A DNA stretch of 64,000 bases. Source: Felis catus (Eukaryota). Where the stretch lies: positions 106,394,001 through 106,458,000 of the forward strand of contig NC_058368.1 of NCBI RefSeq assembly GCF_018350175.1, given 5' to 3'. Below, piece after piece: positions 1 to 13,082 of this stretch. A program made the translations under genes and the position numbers. A model generated the notes under the pieces. That model saw only the letters and a program-made list of their open reading frames with translations. It was not told the origin of the DNA and did not search any database. How positions within the stretch are numbered: position 1 is the stretch's first letter; each line of letters starts with the position of its first letter.

Positions 1-98
1 GTCCTCTTTGTGGAATGTCTGAACTAGCTTAGAGATATTTTAGAGTTACTGCATTGTTGGGATTTTTTTGTTGGTATTTTTCAAGAACAAATGGTGGA

Positions 99-270
99 GG
101 AGCGCCTGGGTGGCTTAGTCAGTTAGGTGTCCGACTCTTGACCCTAGGTCATGATCTTAGGGTTGGGTTCATGAGTTTGAGCCCTGGTCTGGCTCTGCTC
201 TCTCTTTCTCTCTCTCTGTCCCTCCCCTCCCCGCACTCATTTGCACTGTCTCTGTCTCAAAAATAAATTT
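99..270 (+). mobile_element. CanSINE (older SINEC type)
   Basis: tRNA-like head GCGCCTGGGTGGCTTAGTCAGTTA, (CT)n tract, AAAATAAA tail. Confidence 0.9.
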
Positions 271-1022
271 AGAGAGCAAATGGATGAGTTTATTGCTTGC
301 TTTTTTTTGAAATTCATTTGATGCATTTTGCTATTAAGTAAATGGACAGGAACAAACTCCGTGATTACAGCGGTTTTGCTGAATGGTACCACACAGCTTG
401 GTTGGTCAGAACATAATTGAAGTAGGTTGAGCATGTCCTCTTTGCTCTTGAATACTGCTCCTTACTTGGAAAATAATGAAGCACAGTTCTGGAAAAACCA
501 ATCCTCCTGTGATTGTTGATAGTTGATGTACAATCCAAATTTTAACAATTTTAGCCACTTGGGGTGTGGAAAACATAAAGTCCAGGTGCTCAAGGACTTT
601 TTTTGTGTGTTCACATCCTCCACCAATAGCTTTCTGCCAGCATAGATTTTGAAGTATTAGAACAAAAAATACAAGCAGACATGAGCTACCAGGAGCTCTC
701 TGGAATCAGTGTATGTGGGTTTATTCATTCTTGGAGTACTGCTTTATTGATGACCCACCCTGTGAAAGCTTCCCCACTGGGGTAGAGCCGAGAGAGCTAT
801 TATTTCTGAAGGGACTCAGTCTAGTGATAGATGAAACAAAGGCCACAGAGCATGGTCAGTACAAAGATGACACATTGGACACAATCAGGGAATGCCTTAT
901 GACAGATTCTCACCAGATGGATGATGGCTTTTTAAGTCCAAGGTACGCTTGCATTTTAATTTTCTTAGTGCTTGGTGGTTGGTTGGTTTGGTTTGATTTG
1001 TTAAAATACTTTCTGGACTTTG

Positions 1023-1181
1023 GTTTTTTAATGTTTATTTTTCAGAGCGAGAGCGCACAAGTGGGGGGAGGGGCAGAGATTGTCAGTGCCAAGGCCAACA
1101 TGGGACTGGAACACACAAACTGTGAGATAATGACCTAAGCTAAAGGCGGGTGCTCAACCATCTGAGTCACCCAGGTACCCC
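1023..1181 (-). mobile_element. CanSINE, internally deleted
   Basis: TTTTTTAATGTTTATTTT tail; ends CTGAGTCACCCAGGTACCCC. Confidence 0.85.
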
Positions 1182-1197
1182 TGGCGTTTACTTTAAA

Positions 1198-1390
1198 TTT
1201 TTTTTTTAATGTTTATTCATTTTTGAGGGACAGAGAGCATGAGCAGAAAAGGGGCAGAGAGAGGGAGACAGAGAATCTGAAACAGGCTCCAGGCTCTGAG
1301 CTGTCAGCACAGCCCAGCATGGGGCTTGAACTCACAAACTACGAGATCCTGACCTGAACCGGTCAACCGACTGAGCCACCCAGGTCCCCT
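1198..1390 (-). mobile_element. CanSINE
   Basis: Consensus body; TSD CCTGGCGTTTACTTTAAA at 1180-1197 and 1391-1408. Confidence 0.92.
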
Positions 1391-1418
1391 CCTGGCGTTT
1401 ACTTTAAAAGAACAGGCA

Positions 1419-1608
1419 ATCTGACTTCGCCTCAGGGCATGATCACATGGTTTGTGAGTTGAGCCCTGTTTCAGCTCTGTGCTGACAGCTCAGAGCGTGG
1501 AGCCTGCTTCGGATTCTGTGTCTCCTTCTCTCTCTGCCCCTCCCCCTTGCACACACTTGCCTATCTCTCTCAAAAACAAATAAACGTTAAAAAATAAAAA
1601 TAATAAAA
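1419..1608 (+). mobile_element. CanSINE, 5'-truncated
   Basis: CTCTGTGCTGACAGCTCAGAGCGTGGAGCCTGCTTCGG body and A-rich tail. Confidence 0.9.
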
Positions 1609-2134
1609 GGACAGTTTTACAGCAAGCTCACAGTCTTTTGAAGGAGCTTACAGTCTAGTTTTCTGAAAAGACTTGCACGGCCTGAACAGGGCTTATTCAG
1701 CTCTGTGCACGGATGAAGGGCATAGGTAGAAAATGGGTAATAGCAGCTTGACCTCGATGGACTCCACCCACAGAGGTCAACAACTTGGAGTCAGATGTAA
1801 TGGGTGATCTGTTGAATGGGCTTAGTCACTAACTGTGAGCCCTTGAATATTACTAAATAATAGGTTTGGGAAAGGACAGCTCATCAGTACATATACAGTG
1901 TCTAAAAACTGAAGAAGCCAATGATTGATTTTATATACAATCTGGATGGAACCAAGCTCTGCTGGCTACTTGCTAGTTGTGCCAGGTGACCTGGAGTCAT
2001 TGTTCAGGAGGCATTGCCTCACCCAGAGTTGTCAGACTCGACTGTCCACAGGGTAAGACAGATTATACAGATGATGGGAATGGACAGGTGGGCCTGACAC
2101 ATGGGAAAGGGTGCTCCCTCCTTTTTAAAAACGG

Positions 2135-2342
2135 TTTTTAAATGTTTATTTGTGAGAGAGACAGAGCATGAGCAGGGAGGGGCAGAGAAAGACAGGGGAG
2201 GGGGAAGACACAGAATCTGAAGCAGGCTCCAGGCTCTGAGCTGTCAGCACAGAGCCCGACACAGGACTTGAACTCACAAACTGTGAGATCGTGACCTTAG
2301 CTGAAGTCGGAAGCTCAACCGACTGAGCCACCCAGGCGCCCC
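2135..2342 (-). mobile_element. CanSINE
   Basis: Full consensus, ends GAGCCACCCAGGCGCCCC. Confidence 0.93.
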
Positions 2343-2590
2343 AAGTGGACTACCTTCTAACGGGACAGACTGTACTTAGTCCTACCTGCCTGCTACCACA
2401 GGGAATGCAGATCCAATGGTGGCAGAGCTTCTGAATGTTGTAGAAAAGTGTGACTTGTCACATGTTGGTGCTTTGGCTAGGAGACCTGTCAGTATGTGCA
2501 GCCCATCACCTATACAGGATGCTTTTCTTACTCCTCTTCATGCATGGTTTTCCAGTTAGACTTGGGTTCTTTAATGAGGTAGAAGCTAAG

Positions 2591-2768
2591 TCAGTGGCCT
2601 CAAATTTTGGTGCCTATTAGAATCACCTGGAGAACTGTTAAAACCCCAGTACCCAGAGGATGCCACACACCAAAGTCATCAGAATCTCCGTAGAAGGGGC
2701 CCAGATACTATTGGAATATTAACTCCCCAGCTTATTCCAGTGTGCAGCCAAATTTAAGAACTAGTGTT
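2591..2768. mobile_element. MER5A-like hAT-Charlie MITE fossil
   Basis: CAGTGGCCTCAAATTTT...ATTAGAATCACCTGGAGAAC...GTGCAGCCAAATTTAAGAACTAGTG resembles MER5A ends and core; further MER5-like pieces at ~2770-2925 and ~3185-3360. Confidence 0.7.
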
Positions 2769-2988
2769 TGAAGGATGTGGCTGCTGAGTGTACCTGTCAG
2801 ATCATCACCATCATGTCTGTGGCAAATGCAGAATGTCAGGCCCTACCCTGTGCTCCTGAGACAGAACCAGAAGTTCATGTCAAAGGCAATTCCTCTGTGG
2901 GTTAAAGTTCAACAGCATTGCCTAATGATTATCATGTAACCAGTTGGACTGCACTTTTAATTTTAAGCTTTAATAAGACAGTGGGTTC

Positions 2989-3179
2989 CGTTTGTTTGTT
3001 TGTTTGTTTTTAAGAGCTCAAGTAGGGAGAGGGGCAAAGGGGGTCAGAGAGAGAATCCTAAGCAGGCTCCATGCTCAGTGTGAAGCCTGATAGGGGGCTC
3101 AATCCCATTATGCTGCGATCATGAACTGAGCCAAAATAGAGAGTAGGATGGTCAACCGGCTGAACCACTGAGGTGCCCC
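2989..3179 (-). mobile_element. CanSINE (older)
   Basis: GAGAATCCTAAGCAGGCTCCATGCTCAG...CCACTGAGGTGCCCC; (GTTT)n tail. Confidence 0.88.
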
Positions 3180-4309
3180 AGAACAGTCATTCTTGACCAT
3201 GGCTACACCTTATAATCACCAAGGACTAGAAATGTACCCATATCCATAGCCTGTCTCGGGAGATTGTAATTTAATTGATCCTTGGTAAGTTCTGGGCATC
3301 ACTATTTTAAAAACTTAGTAAAGTGAGGGTAATGTCTTGCCAGCATTGAAGATAACAGCCGTAGTCCAGTTTTGTTCATTTCATAGTCATCTGATACCTC
3401 AGAAAGGCAGGAAGAGAATTGTGGCTGTTAACAAAACTGTTAACTGTTCCATCAAGGTTCGTCTGTTCGTTAGAGTATTTTCTTCTAAAAACTTATTTTT
3501 CTTTGTGTGCATGTACTTTAATACATGATAATTGGTTACATATCTTATACTGTTCTGCCTCAGTAGGCCTTAGTTTGTAAACAGCAGCCCTTGACTCGGA
3601 GGGTTTTCATCTGTGTATACAGCAAAATTACTGAAAAACCTTGATTGTGCTTTCACGGAGCCCATAGAGATCATTCTGATGGGGCGAAGGGAAGAATCAG
3701 TTAAAATTCTGTAGTCCCACACTAGCCCATAATACAACACAGGAATGACTCTGTCAGCCAGGTGTCTTACCTGAGGGGACTTGGAGATCACCTGCTGTGA
3801 ACTCCTGTTTCTTCCAATGAACACATTATCAAGCCTTATGCCTCAAAGCCTAATCCAACAGGGCAGAATGTCTTCTCTGGATGGAAGATACTTTAAATGG
3901 CGGGTATCAAGGACCTTGGCCTCCCTGTCTTTAATTTTTTTTTTTCCCCTGTCTTTAATTTAGACCCAAATGAAAGCAGCTTTTTTTTTCTTTGAATGAA
4001 CTAGTTGTATGCCTTCTGATCACATAAAATAAGAAAATAATTACCTTTGTTTATGCAGATGACATGGCTTACCATAATGAAACAAGAGGTATCCCTGATA
4101 AGCCAAATGATCCTTATTAATATGGAAATGAAGTTCTCTTTTTTCCCCCCAGACAAGTTAATTTAGCTGCACAATTGAGTTTGTTCAGCCCTTTGGGGCA
4201 ATGCTGGAAAGCTAATGCTGTGGATGAGCCCACAATCGAATGTACTTGAAGGTTCTTTGGTCACAGGGGCCATAGGTCACACTTGTTAATCTTGGGTAAC
4301 AGTTTTCTC

Positions 4310-4487
4310 CTTTTTTTTTTTTTCTAAAGATTTTTTTTAAACTTTTAAAACTTTATTTTCAGGGAGAATGTGCACCAACAGGGAAAGGGCAGAGAGGGAA
4401 AGAGAGAATTCTAAGCAGGCTCTGCCCTGTCAGCACAGTGCCCACCCGTCGTGGGGATCAATCCCAGGAATGTTGAGATCGTGACCC
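4310..4487 (-). mobile_element. CanSINE, 5'-truncated
   Basis: Poly-T tail; AAGCAGGCTCTGCCCTGTCAGCACAG; GAGATCGTGACC. Confidence 0.85.
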
Positions 4488-5209
4488 TCAGGCTACTAAT
4501 TTATCTTGGTCATGTACTACAGTGGTTTCCAATCTTGGTATCATAGCAGTAGTAGAAATGCTGACCTCTCTAAGACACTCTGGGGTAAACTGACAATATT
4601 TGTCCAGGAGAAGCCACATGCTCAAATGCATATCATAGTACAAGTGTACTGGGATCCTGGTCACAAAACATCTGCCCCAGCTCTAGCATCTCCTCAAAGG
4701 TGTTGGGCAATCTCAAAGGCCTTGATGGGGGCTGGTTAAGAAGACACTGAAGCCTGCTGAACGCATTGACGGCTGGGAATGGAGGTCTGCTTCATAGGAT
4801 CTCCTCCATAAAGGCAGAGTCAGCTAAGTTCTCTGATGGGTTTACTGGAAATTTTTTAGTTTCTCTAATTAAGCATTCACTCTTTCAGTGTAGATCACCA
4901 TGGAGGTTTACTAACATGGACCCAGAAGATACATGCCTTTCCATAAACAAAAAGAGAAAACCGGCGAAATTAAGTAACAGGCTCCCAGGTATTTTAAGAG
5001 AATCCAAAAGGACTGTTGAAAACATGTCCGTAAAGAAGTGATGATCTACGATTTTCATTTTCTTCAAGTGGTTTCTCTATTACTTCCAGAATGCAAGCTC
5101 TACAAAAGCAAGGACTCTTACTTACCTATAAATTAAGATTTCTCTGCAACATTAAAAAATTATAACCTAAGAGTCTGGCTGCGTTGAAAGCCTTATTTCC
5201 ACAGTGTGC

Positions 5210-5345
5210 CCCAGCTCAAGTCATGATCCTCGGGGTCATGAGATCAAGCCCTGTGTCTGGTTCCTCCACTGGGCATGGAGCCTGCTTAAGATTCTCTTTT
5301 TCTACCCCTCCCCTCACCCTGTTGGTGCACATGGCCTCTATTAAA
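5210..5345 (+). mobile_element. CanSINE fragment
   Basis: CAGCTCAAGTCATGATC...CATGGAGCCTGCTTAAGATTCTCT. Confidence 0.8.
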
Positions 5346-5349
5346 GGAA

Positions 5350-5481
5350 GAGGTTCTTAGGCCGAGAGAATCTTGCCTATTTCATGTAGTTTGATAACAG
5401 TCAAGTGCTGTATGTTGTTTAGTGTCTTAGAATTCCTGGGCAAGGTGCTGAAATTAGTTTTTTACCATAAAACAATTGGTA
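5350..5481 (+). repeat. Dispersed local duplication, copy 1 (partner 20658-20799)
   Basis: Hand alignment: 38-nt identical core GTCAAGTGCTGTATGTTGTTTAGTGTCTTAGAATTCCT, about 11 substitutions overall. Confidence 0.92.
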
Positions 5482-6324
5482 GATGGTGTTGACTTGGTAA
5501 TTAAAGCTTTTAAGGCCTAGTAGCTTCAGATACAGAGAAGCTGCATCAAGATAAGAAAAACAGGGATTCATTATTTATGAATGTGAAATGATAAACTGGA
5601 AAATTACTTCTGAATTAGTATGCCTACTATTTTTAGCTAACAAGAATCCTATAATGTTGCATACAACTTCCTGACGGGCTTTTAACCCACTCATTTGTGT
5701 TGTTTTTGAGTGCATCACTGTGATGAATATTTGTATTCCGTACCTCCTCTGCACTGTGAATGCAGTGATGCCTGAATAAAGAAGTCCATGCAAAGTGTAG
5801 AAAATGAGCAATTGCAGAAAAAACTGCATTGCTCTGCTGAGACTTGTGATGGTTTTCCCTTTATTACAAGTAACTAGCCAGAAATCGGACTCAAATTCAA
5901 CTGGACAAGGATAATTACTCCTTCTCTAAGATGTGTTCTATCTCCAGCTTTGAGTTTTGTGTTTTCTGCTTGTCAGGTGCATTCTCAGAAAAAGACGCTA
6001 ATAAAGAATGATCTTATTTGAAGGTACTTAAATATCCTTAAGGGAAACTGTACTTCATCTAGAATGCAAAAGTGAAGCTTTTCACTGGAACTGCTGTTAG
6101 TAATCAGTAATACCATAGACAATAAAAGTTTAGTTTTTACTGAAAAAATTTAGTGAAACCAATTTCTTTCAGGTATTTGGAAATGTTAATATTTTTCTTT
6201 GATGGAAACAGAAACTGCATCAGTAGAGGGAATGCTAGGAAATCTAATTTAATCAGATAAAGATTTCTGGCAAAGCCATAATCCACCAATGTGTTTTATC
6301 CCCAGTGAATTCACGTGTAGTTCC

Positions 6325-6394
6325 ATTTCTTTTTGGAGAGGGGGGAGGGGGAGAGAGCGCATGAGGGAGAAGGGGTGGGGGTGGAGGGGGGAGT

Positions 6395-6441
<47 letters not shown>

Positions 6442-6571
6442 GGAGAATCTAAAGCAGGCTCCAGGCTCTGAGCCCAGCACAGAGTCTGACCCAGGGCTTG
6501 AACCTATGAACCACGAGATCGTGACCTGAGCTGGAGTTGGACGCTTAACCGACTGAGCCATCCAGGCACCC
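6325..6571 (-). mobile_element. CanSINE with expanded (GA)n
   Basis: Consensus body; (GA)n at ~6399-6439. Confidence 0.92.
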
Positions 6572-7369
6572 TACACAAACCCTCTCTACACAAAATCAAG
6601 GAGTAATACTCTGAGATGATTAAGTTTTACAGCAAAGAAGATTGTATGCATTATTTCACTTAAATATTGAAACAAAAGTGACTTTTCAGTATCCTGAATT
6701 AGACCTACTTTCCAGGTCACTTTAAATGCCAGATGGGCTGATAGCTTTATCCTTTATTTTTTAGTAATTCATTTTTTAAAAATAAATTTATTAAGTTGTT
6801 TATTAGAATTCAAGTGTAGTAACAGTGTTAGATAACTGAGGTCCCTTAAAAATGAATTTTAAATGAATACCATTGCCTTCTCAAAATGGCTGATTTTGTC
6901 CATCCTACAGTAAGGATAGACAGAAATGAGCTGGCAAATTCAGGAGAAAATAATAAGCTTACCTGTATCCTCTAAATTGGGTGTTTGTTTTCTGTCAAAG
7001 AATCACACTTAGAAGTCAAATGAGAAAGACTACTGGGCATGATTTAAAGTTCATCTACAGTGGTAGAAGGACTCAGAAGACTAAGATAGGTATTAATCTT
7101 AAATGAGAATGATAGTAAAATATTATTTAAAGGCCACAGGATGAAAAAAATATTCTAAACACTGATGTTTAGAATGTGTATTTCTTTCATCAAATGTATT
7201 AACTTACCACAACAACAGTATTGGTCACTAATGGCTCATAACTTGGAAGCTATGGCAGAATTGTAATTTAAACTCATGACCTCCCATATGTAATGAGTAA
7301 ATATGCCCTCTTGATAACTTCAGGCTTATCTCGGGGTTGAAAAAATTCCTAAAAGAAATTACTAAGGAA

Positions 7370-7745
7370 TGGGACCACAACATAATTAAAGTCTTTTATT
7401 GGACAAAACCCTATGATGTTAACAAGCAAACGGCAACTGGGGGAAAGTCTACAACATTTAATTAAAAACCTAACATTCTTATATAAAGATTTTTTTCATT
7501 ATAAATTGGACAAATAGGATATTAGCAGGCATCAGAAAAGAATGTAAATGACTCTAGCATGAAAAAAAAGCTCAGTAATCATAAAAAATTGCACATAGGA
7601 AGCTACCACTGTTCACAATGTTTACAAAAAGAAAAAGCCAGTTTCATACAGTTGGGAGTATTACTTGGTAGAAAATTTCCAGAGGGAATATGGTAAAGTG
7701 AAAAATATATAATATATTAATATGAATATGTGTTCTTGACATTCA
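7370..7745 (+). mobile_element. Ancient L1 (L1ME-like) ORF2 3' fragment
   Basis: Degenerate L1 motifs, e.g. CAACTGGGGGAAAG, GGACAAATAGGATATTAGCAGGCA. Confidence 0.45.
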
Positions 7746-9112
7746 AATAACAATTTCTCATTCTTCTTGTTTATTAGGGAAGAAACCGAGATGGCTATAC
7801 ATGGTTCAGAGGAAATTTGTCAACATGCCCATTAGTTACCATTGACTTTCGAATTGCATTAAACAAATATTTATTGAATAGCCAATTTGACACTGCCAAA
7901 GTACTGTATATAGAGGATTGCCTGAAGGAAAAAGCTGTGCTTTTAGCGCATGCATTTTAGTTGAGGCTAATATTTAGTGTCTTAGGTTTTATTCCGAATG
8001 GTTTCCATTATTGACCATTTTTCTCTACTGAACATGCTTCCTTAAGTTATCAGAAAGCAGGTTATTTAACTTACTCTCTTAATATTTAAACAGACGTTGA
8101 TCTTTTTATCAGGCTGCATTAATTTGACTAAGATGGTTCTCTCCCATGTTCCTCACATGTTTGGACATGTTAGATACTGAAAGCCCCTGGCTGTGTACAA
8201 ATATGTGTAAGTGTATATTAACTTTTTTATGTATAGCCTTCATCATGTTGAGCTAATCATACACTTGCTGAACATCAGTTTTCCTCATACCTTCTGAGAG
8301 AATTTTGAGAATGAGAACACCTGTCAAGGGGCTTTCTTTCCTCACGGATGCCCCTGGATCATCAGGGGGAGGTGCTATGTGGTTGCATAATTACCTGTTC
8401 ACCCTGATCTGGGTGTCAGAATGACCTGGGGAAGTTAGGGCAAAGCAGATTTTCAGGCCCAAGAAATTGTGAGACCGTAAGCTTGGAATTGGGCCAAGCC
8501 TCAAGTTTTATCAGGTTGTCTGAAGTCGTTTTGATGGCAGTAGCTACATAATAAAAACACAGAATAAGTGCCCTGGGACTCGAAGCATGTGTACCAGTAA
8601 CTTGAGGGTGTGGAATTGTTTCCAAGCTCCTTTGCCTCCGGCCTACTCTCCGTGCCTTTCGAATCACCGGTACAGTTAAATGCTGAGCATTACTTAAGGT
8701 CTGTTCGAGGTGCTCTTCTTTTCTCTTGATAGATTCAGACTGATTGCAAAACTAGGTCACCTAGAGCATGAACAGTTGCAAGGTTTCCTTACTTAGTCTT
8801 TGTGTCTCAAACTTGAGCCACGTGTGCTCAAAGGGGAAACTTCTTTCAGGCTTAATAGTCTTCCAGATAACTTTGTTGGATAGATACTAACCTGAGAAAC
8901 GGATACTGAATTCTCAGAGAATGTTTTCCAATTGGAAGTGTAACAGCAAAAGGGAATTTTTGGCTTTACGGTTAGCAGAACACATTGTCCTGGGATTCAA
9001 CATCAAAATAAATGCACGAAAAGTAAACATTCATGTAGAGTTGAGGGATTCCTAAATGTGTAGGTAAGTCCTGTGGATCCTTGGCTGCCGGTTTGAGGGA
9101 TACTTAAAAAAA

Positions 9113-9350
9113 ATTTTTTTTTAATGTTTATTTATCTTGGAGAGAGAGATGGTGACAGAGTATGAGTGGGTAAGAGGCCGAGAGAGAGAGAGAGCGAGAG
9201 AGAGCGAGAGGGAGAGAGACAGGATCTGAGGCAGGCTCCAGGCTTTGAGCTGTCAGCACAGAGCCCGACACGGGGCTCGAACTCATGAACCGCGAGATAA
9301 TGACCTGAGCTGAAGTCAGATGCTTAACCGACTGAGCCACCCAGGCGCCC
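9113..9350 (-). mobile_element. CanSINE
   Basis: Consensus body; TSD-like TGAGGG(G)ATA flanks. Confidence 0.93.
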
Positions 9351-10299
9351 TGAGGGATATTTTTAAATCTATTTAAAAGGTGATACTTCAAGCATGGTCA
9401 TGACCTAACATTGGATCAGATTTATGAAGTAGATGGAGGAGGTTATTTACCTCTGCTTGCTGATGATGCTGTACTTGGTAAAGTGTTGATTATGACCCTC
9501 TGCTGGAAATGGGGCCACCAGCTTCTCTTCAAGAAGGATGTTGAATGTTAGCAAGAATTCAGAAAACATTGGTGAGGGGCTTTGGGGTTTTTCTCTGAAA
9601 TAAAAATCCTTGAGACTTTTCTTACCTCCTGTGAAACCACCCTGACCTTTTTGGTATTCTTTCCTCAGTATTGGCATAATAGGGCAGTCAGAAAAATAGC
9701 TTCTTCCTCAAATAATTAAAATGGGCCTCTGAATAAATGTTTACTTCTATTTCCTTTTTACAGTTTCCTAAACCAAATGAAAGATGAGATGAATCTGTAT
9801 AAAACCCTGTGAATCATGTGTGTATGAACATTAACCTATATTTCCTATAAAGTGCTATGAAAATGGAGATGACTTTCAAGTAATGGGTTTTGCATGAACT
9901 GACTATACTGTGCAAGAATGCTATGTGTTGTCTTCTATCATGGAGACTTAGGACAGTGGTGTCATAGGTACATATCCTGCTGGAAAAAAATGTGCTATGG
10001 TAAAAAGAGCAAGAAAACAGCTGCACTGATCCGTGGAATAGTACCGATGTGTTTTGTCAACCCATCAGATAGTGGAGCACTTACGTGGAGTTAGTGATTT
10101 TTACTTGTGAAAGGGTTTTGTTTTGTTTCATTTTGAGAGTCTATAGATGGAATAGAAGAGTTAGGCTGCTGTAAAAACATGCATGATTAAAACTTGTTAA
10201 TTCAGAGCTTCTTGTGTTCCCTGGCTTGTAGGAGGCTCTCAGTAGGCATTTGATGATGGATTCAGGAAGTGTTAGGTATCTACCGACTCTGAGATGGCT

Positions 10300-10760
10300 G
10301 GGTGGAAAGTACCCTGGGTTAAGTCCTGTCCCTGGCAGGCTATGTGAGGCTACATTGATTTCACACAGACTGAAATACTCATCAGATGATAAATTTACCC
10401 GGCTTGCAATTATTCAGTTTTAAAATTCCGAAGTTGATGGAGAAATCACACTGTCTGATACATCACCGTCTTTTACAGACAGAGAACCTGAGGCCCAGTT
10501 GGGTCAGATGATTGGCAGTAAATAGGAGCAAAACTTGGTGATTCTCATCCCAGCTTTTAAGTGTATACTTTCACTTAATACCCTCAATTTCTACAGAGTG
10601 TAACAGGATGCCAATAGTTCTGCGCTCACATTTTAACCCTTCAAAGACTCTGTGTGGGTGAAATTTAATAATAGCCCATTGAACAGATGGGGACACTGAC
10701 GATAAGAGAAGTTAAGTGATGGTTTTTAGGACCGGTGTTTAGTAAGAGTAGAATCACTTC
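10300..10760. mobile_element. Cluster of MIR fragments
   Basis: MIR-core-like TTTTACAGACAGAGAACCTGAGGCCCAG and CCCATTGAACAGATGGGGACACTGA. Confidence 0.6.
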
Positions 10761-11025
10761 CCTTTTTTTGCTCATCATGGTATCAGCTCTTGTTGAATGT
10801 TGAGCTTTCTTAGGTCTCTACTAGAACGATAGGTAAGGTTGCTCTTACTGGAAATATTTTGGTTTTCCCATTTTTAATCTTTTGGAAATAGTGAACTTGC
10901 ATCCAATGTGTGAAACTTAAGTACTTACCTAACTAGATGCATCAAGTCAGAAGAAAAAAAAAAAAATACATGGATTCCTCATAGCCAAAATTGTCAGGCT
11001 TTACCATTCTAGCTTAAAAAAAACC

Positions 11026-11247
11026 TTTTTTTTAATTAATGTTTGTTTATTCTTGAGAGAGAGACTGAGCATGAGCAAAGGAGGGGCAGAGAGAGAGAGA
11101 GAGAGGGAGGGAGACACAGAATCTGAAGCAGGCTCCAGGCACTGAGCTGTCAGCATGGAGCCTGATGTAGGACCCTAACTCACGAACGTTGAGATCATGA
11201 CCTTAGCTGAAGTCGGATGCTTAACCGACTGAGCCACCCACTTGCCT
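11026..11247 (-). mobile_element. CanSINE
   Basis: Consensus body and T-rich tail. Confidence 0.92.
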
Positions 11248-11380
11248 CATTCTTGATTTTTTTTAAACCTGATATCTGAGTTTGTGAGTACAATCTCAAA
11301 CTGTCAATCACTGGGAGTTTTTAATTTGGAACAAAAAACTGGAAAATTGATGGAATTTTTAAAATTTAAAATAGTCCTTA

Positions 11381-11579
11381 GGGGCTCCTGGGTTGCTCCG
11401 TTAAGTGTCCGACTCTCGATTTTAGTTCGGGTCATGATCTCATGATTCGTGAATTCGAGCCCTGCATCAGGCTGTATGCTGACAGTGTGGAAACTGCTTT
11501 GGATTCTCTCTCTGTGCCTCCCTGGTCATGTGTGCATGCTCTTTCTCTCTGAAAATAAATAAACTTAAAAAAAAAAAAA
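11381..11579 (+). mobile_element. CanSINE
   Basis: GGGGCTCCTGGGT head; AAAATAAATAAACTTA(n) tail. Confidence 0.9.
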
Positions 11580-12560
11580 TCTTGAGAAGAATGAAAAGTA
11601 AACTTTCTAAATTACAGGCCAAAATTCAATAAGCCCAGGTGTTCAAAGACAGTAAATTATTAAGGGAAGCTAATTCTCTCCTTGATGAGTGATTTTCTCA
11701 TATCCTCCAAAAGATTGTTGAAACCATACATCTCATGGAGAGGAAAAACATCCAGATGGAGCCAGGTGACTTGGAAAAGGGGAAAGACACTGTAGTTTTG
11801 TTTCCACATGATGAAGACTTGGAACCAACATAAGGCAGAAGAGGCGTGCTTTCATAACCTGCTTGAGACCTGGATTTACCAAAATAGTAGGAGTTGAGCT
11901 AGTTGTATTGTTATACTCAGCCATACCTACCAAAGAAGATGATGTTTCACCCTTGACAATGAAAACATATCCTTGACATTTAGAGAAGGAAAGAGTATCG
12001 AGGTAATGCTCTGATGTTACTGTTGAGGAAACCCACGTTTAGGGAGATGAGCAGACTTGTTCATGCTTTCACACACAGGTGCCAAGTCAGACCCCCAACC
12101 CTCTCTTCCTGAGCCCTTGTTACTAAAATGAACTATGTTCCTAGATAATCAGTCGACAAACTGTTGTCTGGGATAGTTGTCCATGAGGTATGTGCACAAT
12201 GGACAAGCTGGCATTTCTCCCAAAGATCAAGAGTATACAATCGGGTAGGTCAGAGGTGCCATTTACAGTTGTCAGAATGAGATGAGCTCTGATAGGGAAC
12301 AAATGGAATAAAGGTGGACTTGGTCAATCAAGACTGCTAACAAGCCAGCTCTGGGAATAGCAAGTACATGTTGCAGGGGTGGGGGTAGGGGTGGGGTCGT
12401 TGAGATGACATGACCAGAAGTTGACCCCACATTTGGATCCCCTCAAGCTCATCCCCTCCTGGTCCTTGGAATGGAGACCCAGCACTGTCGCCAAAGCTGG
12501 GGGCCATTTCAAGGATGTAACCCTAACAGTAAGGTATTGAGACCTTGAACTATACACAAC

Positions 12561-12655
12561 TGTGTGTATGATACATATATGTATACATATAATACACAAA
12601 GATACATATATAAATATAAATATAAATACAAATATAAATATATACACACACATAC
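12561..12655. repeat. Compound (TA)n/(CA)n/AAATAT low-complexity repeat
   Basis: Directly visible. Confidence 0.85.
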
Positions 12656-13082
12656 TACTAAGATTGTGGCATGCACGTGGCAGATACCTCCTCACCTTGC
12701 AGCCACCCCAGCCAAGCCTTGTGACTTCCTTTGTTTGTTACAACTGCCACCTATCAATCTGGGGTGGTCTGATGCTTCCTTTGTCTCTTCAGACCCTCTG
12801 CGTATGACAAACAGTGGGCGAATGCAACAGTGTGATAGAGTGGTTTAGGGTATAGTTAGCAAAATGGTCTCTGTGGTTCATTGACTCAAGAAAATAGAGC
12901 CACTTTTAAACCACTGAAGGCAACGAATTTGTATCCTTTTAAAGATCCTGGAGAGAAGTTATTTTTGATAACTTGTTCCAATGTTGGACCTCATGTATGT
13001 TAGGAATTGTTTAAATCGTAAATATCACATGATGAGGCTTAAACCTGAGGTTAAGCAAATTAAGAAATACAACATTACCAAT

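Noticed and set aside
4059..4088. 30-nt plus-strand micro-exon (ttatgcag|ATGACATGG...AGAG|gtatcc)
   Set aside because: Weak donor and no supporting evidence.
5712..5776. C-box-like GTGATGA and CTGA with a 9-bp inverted repeat (GCATCACTG/CAGTGATGC) as a C/D snoRNA
   Set aside because: The boxes are too close, the stem geometry is wrong (CTGA lies outside the stem) and there is no recognisable rRNA guide.
3770..7350. Minus-strand donor-like CTTAC sites (~3770, 5124, 6962, 7206) suggesting antisense micro-exons
   Set aside because: Short or stop-containing, partly MIR-derived, with no coherent frame; expected by chance in 64 kb.
12324..12848. Overlapping ORFs with INININ/YKYKYK
   Set aside because: Translation of the TA/AAATAT low-complexity repeat.
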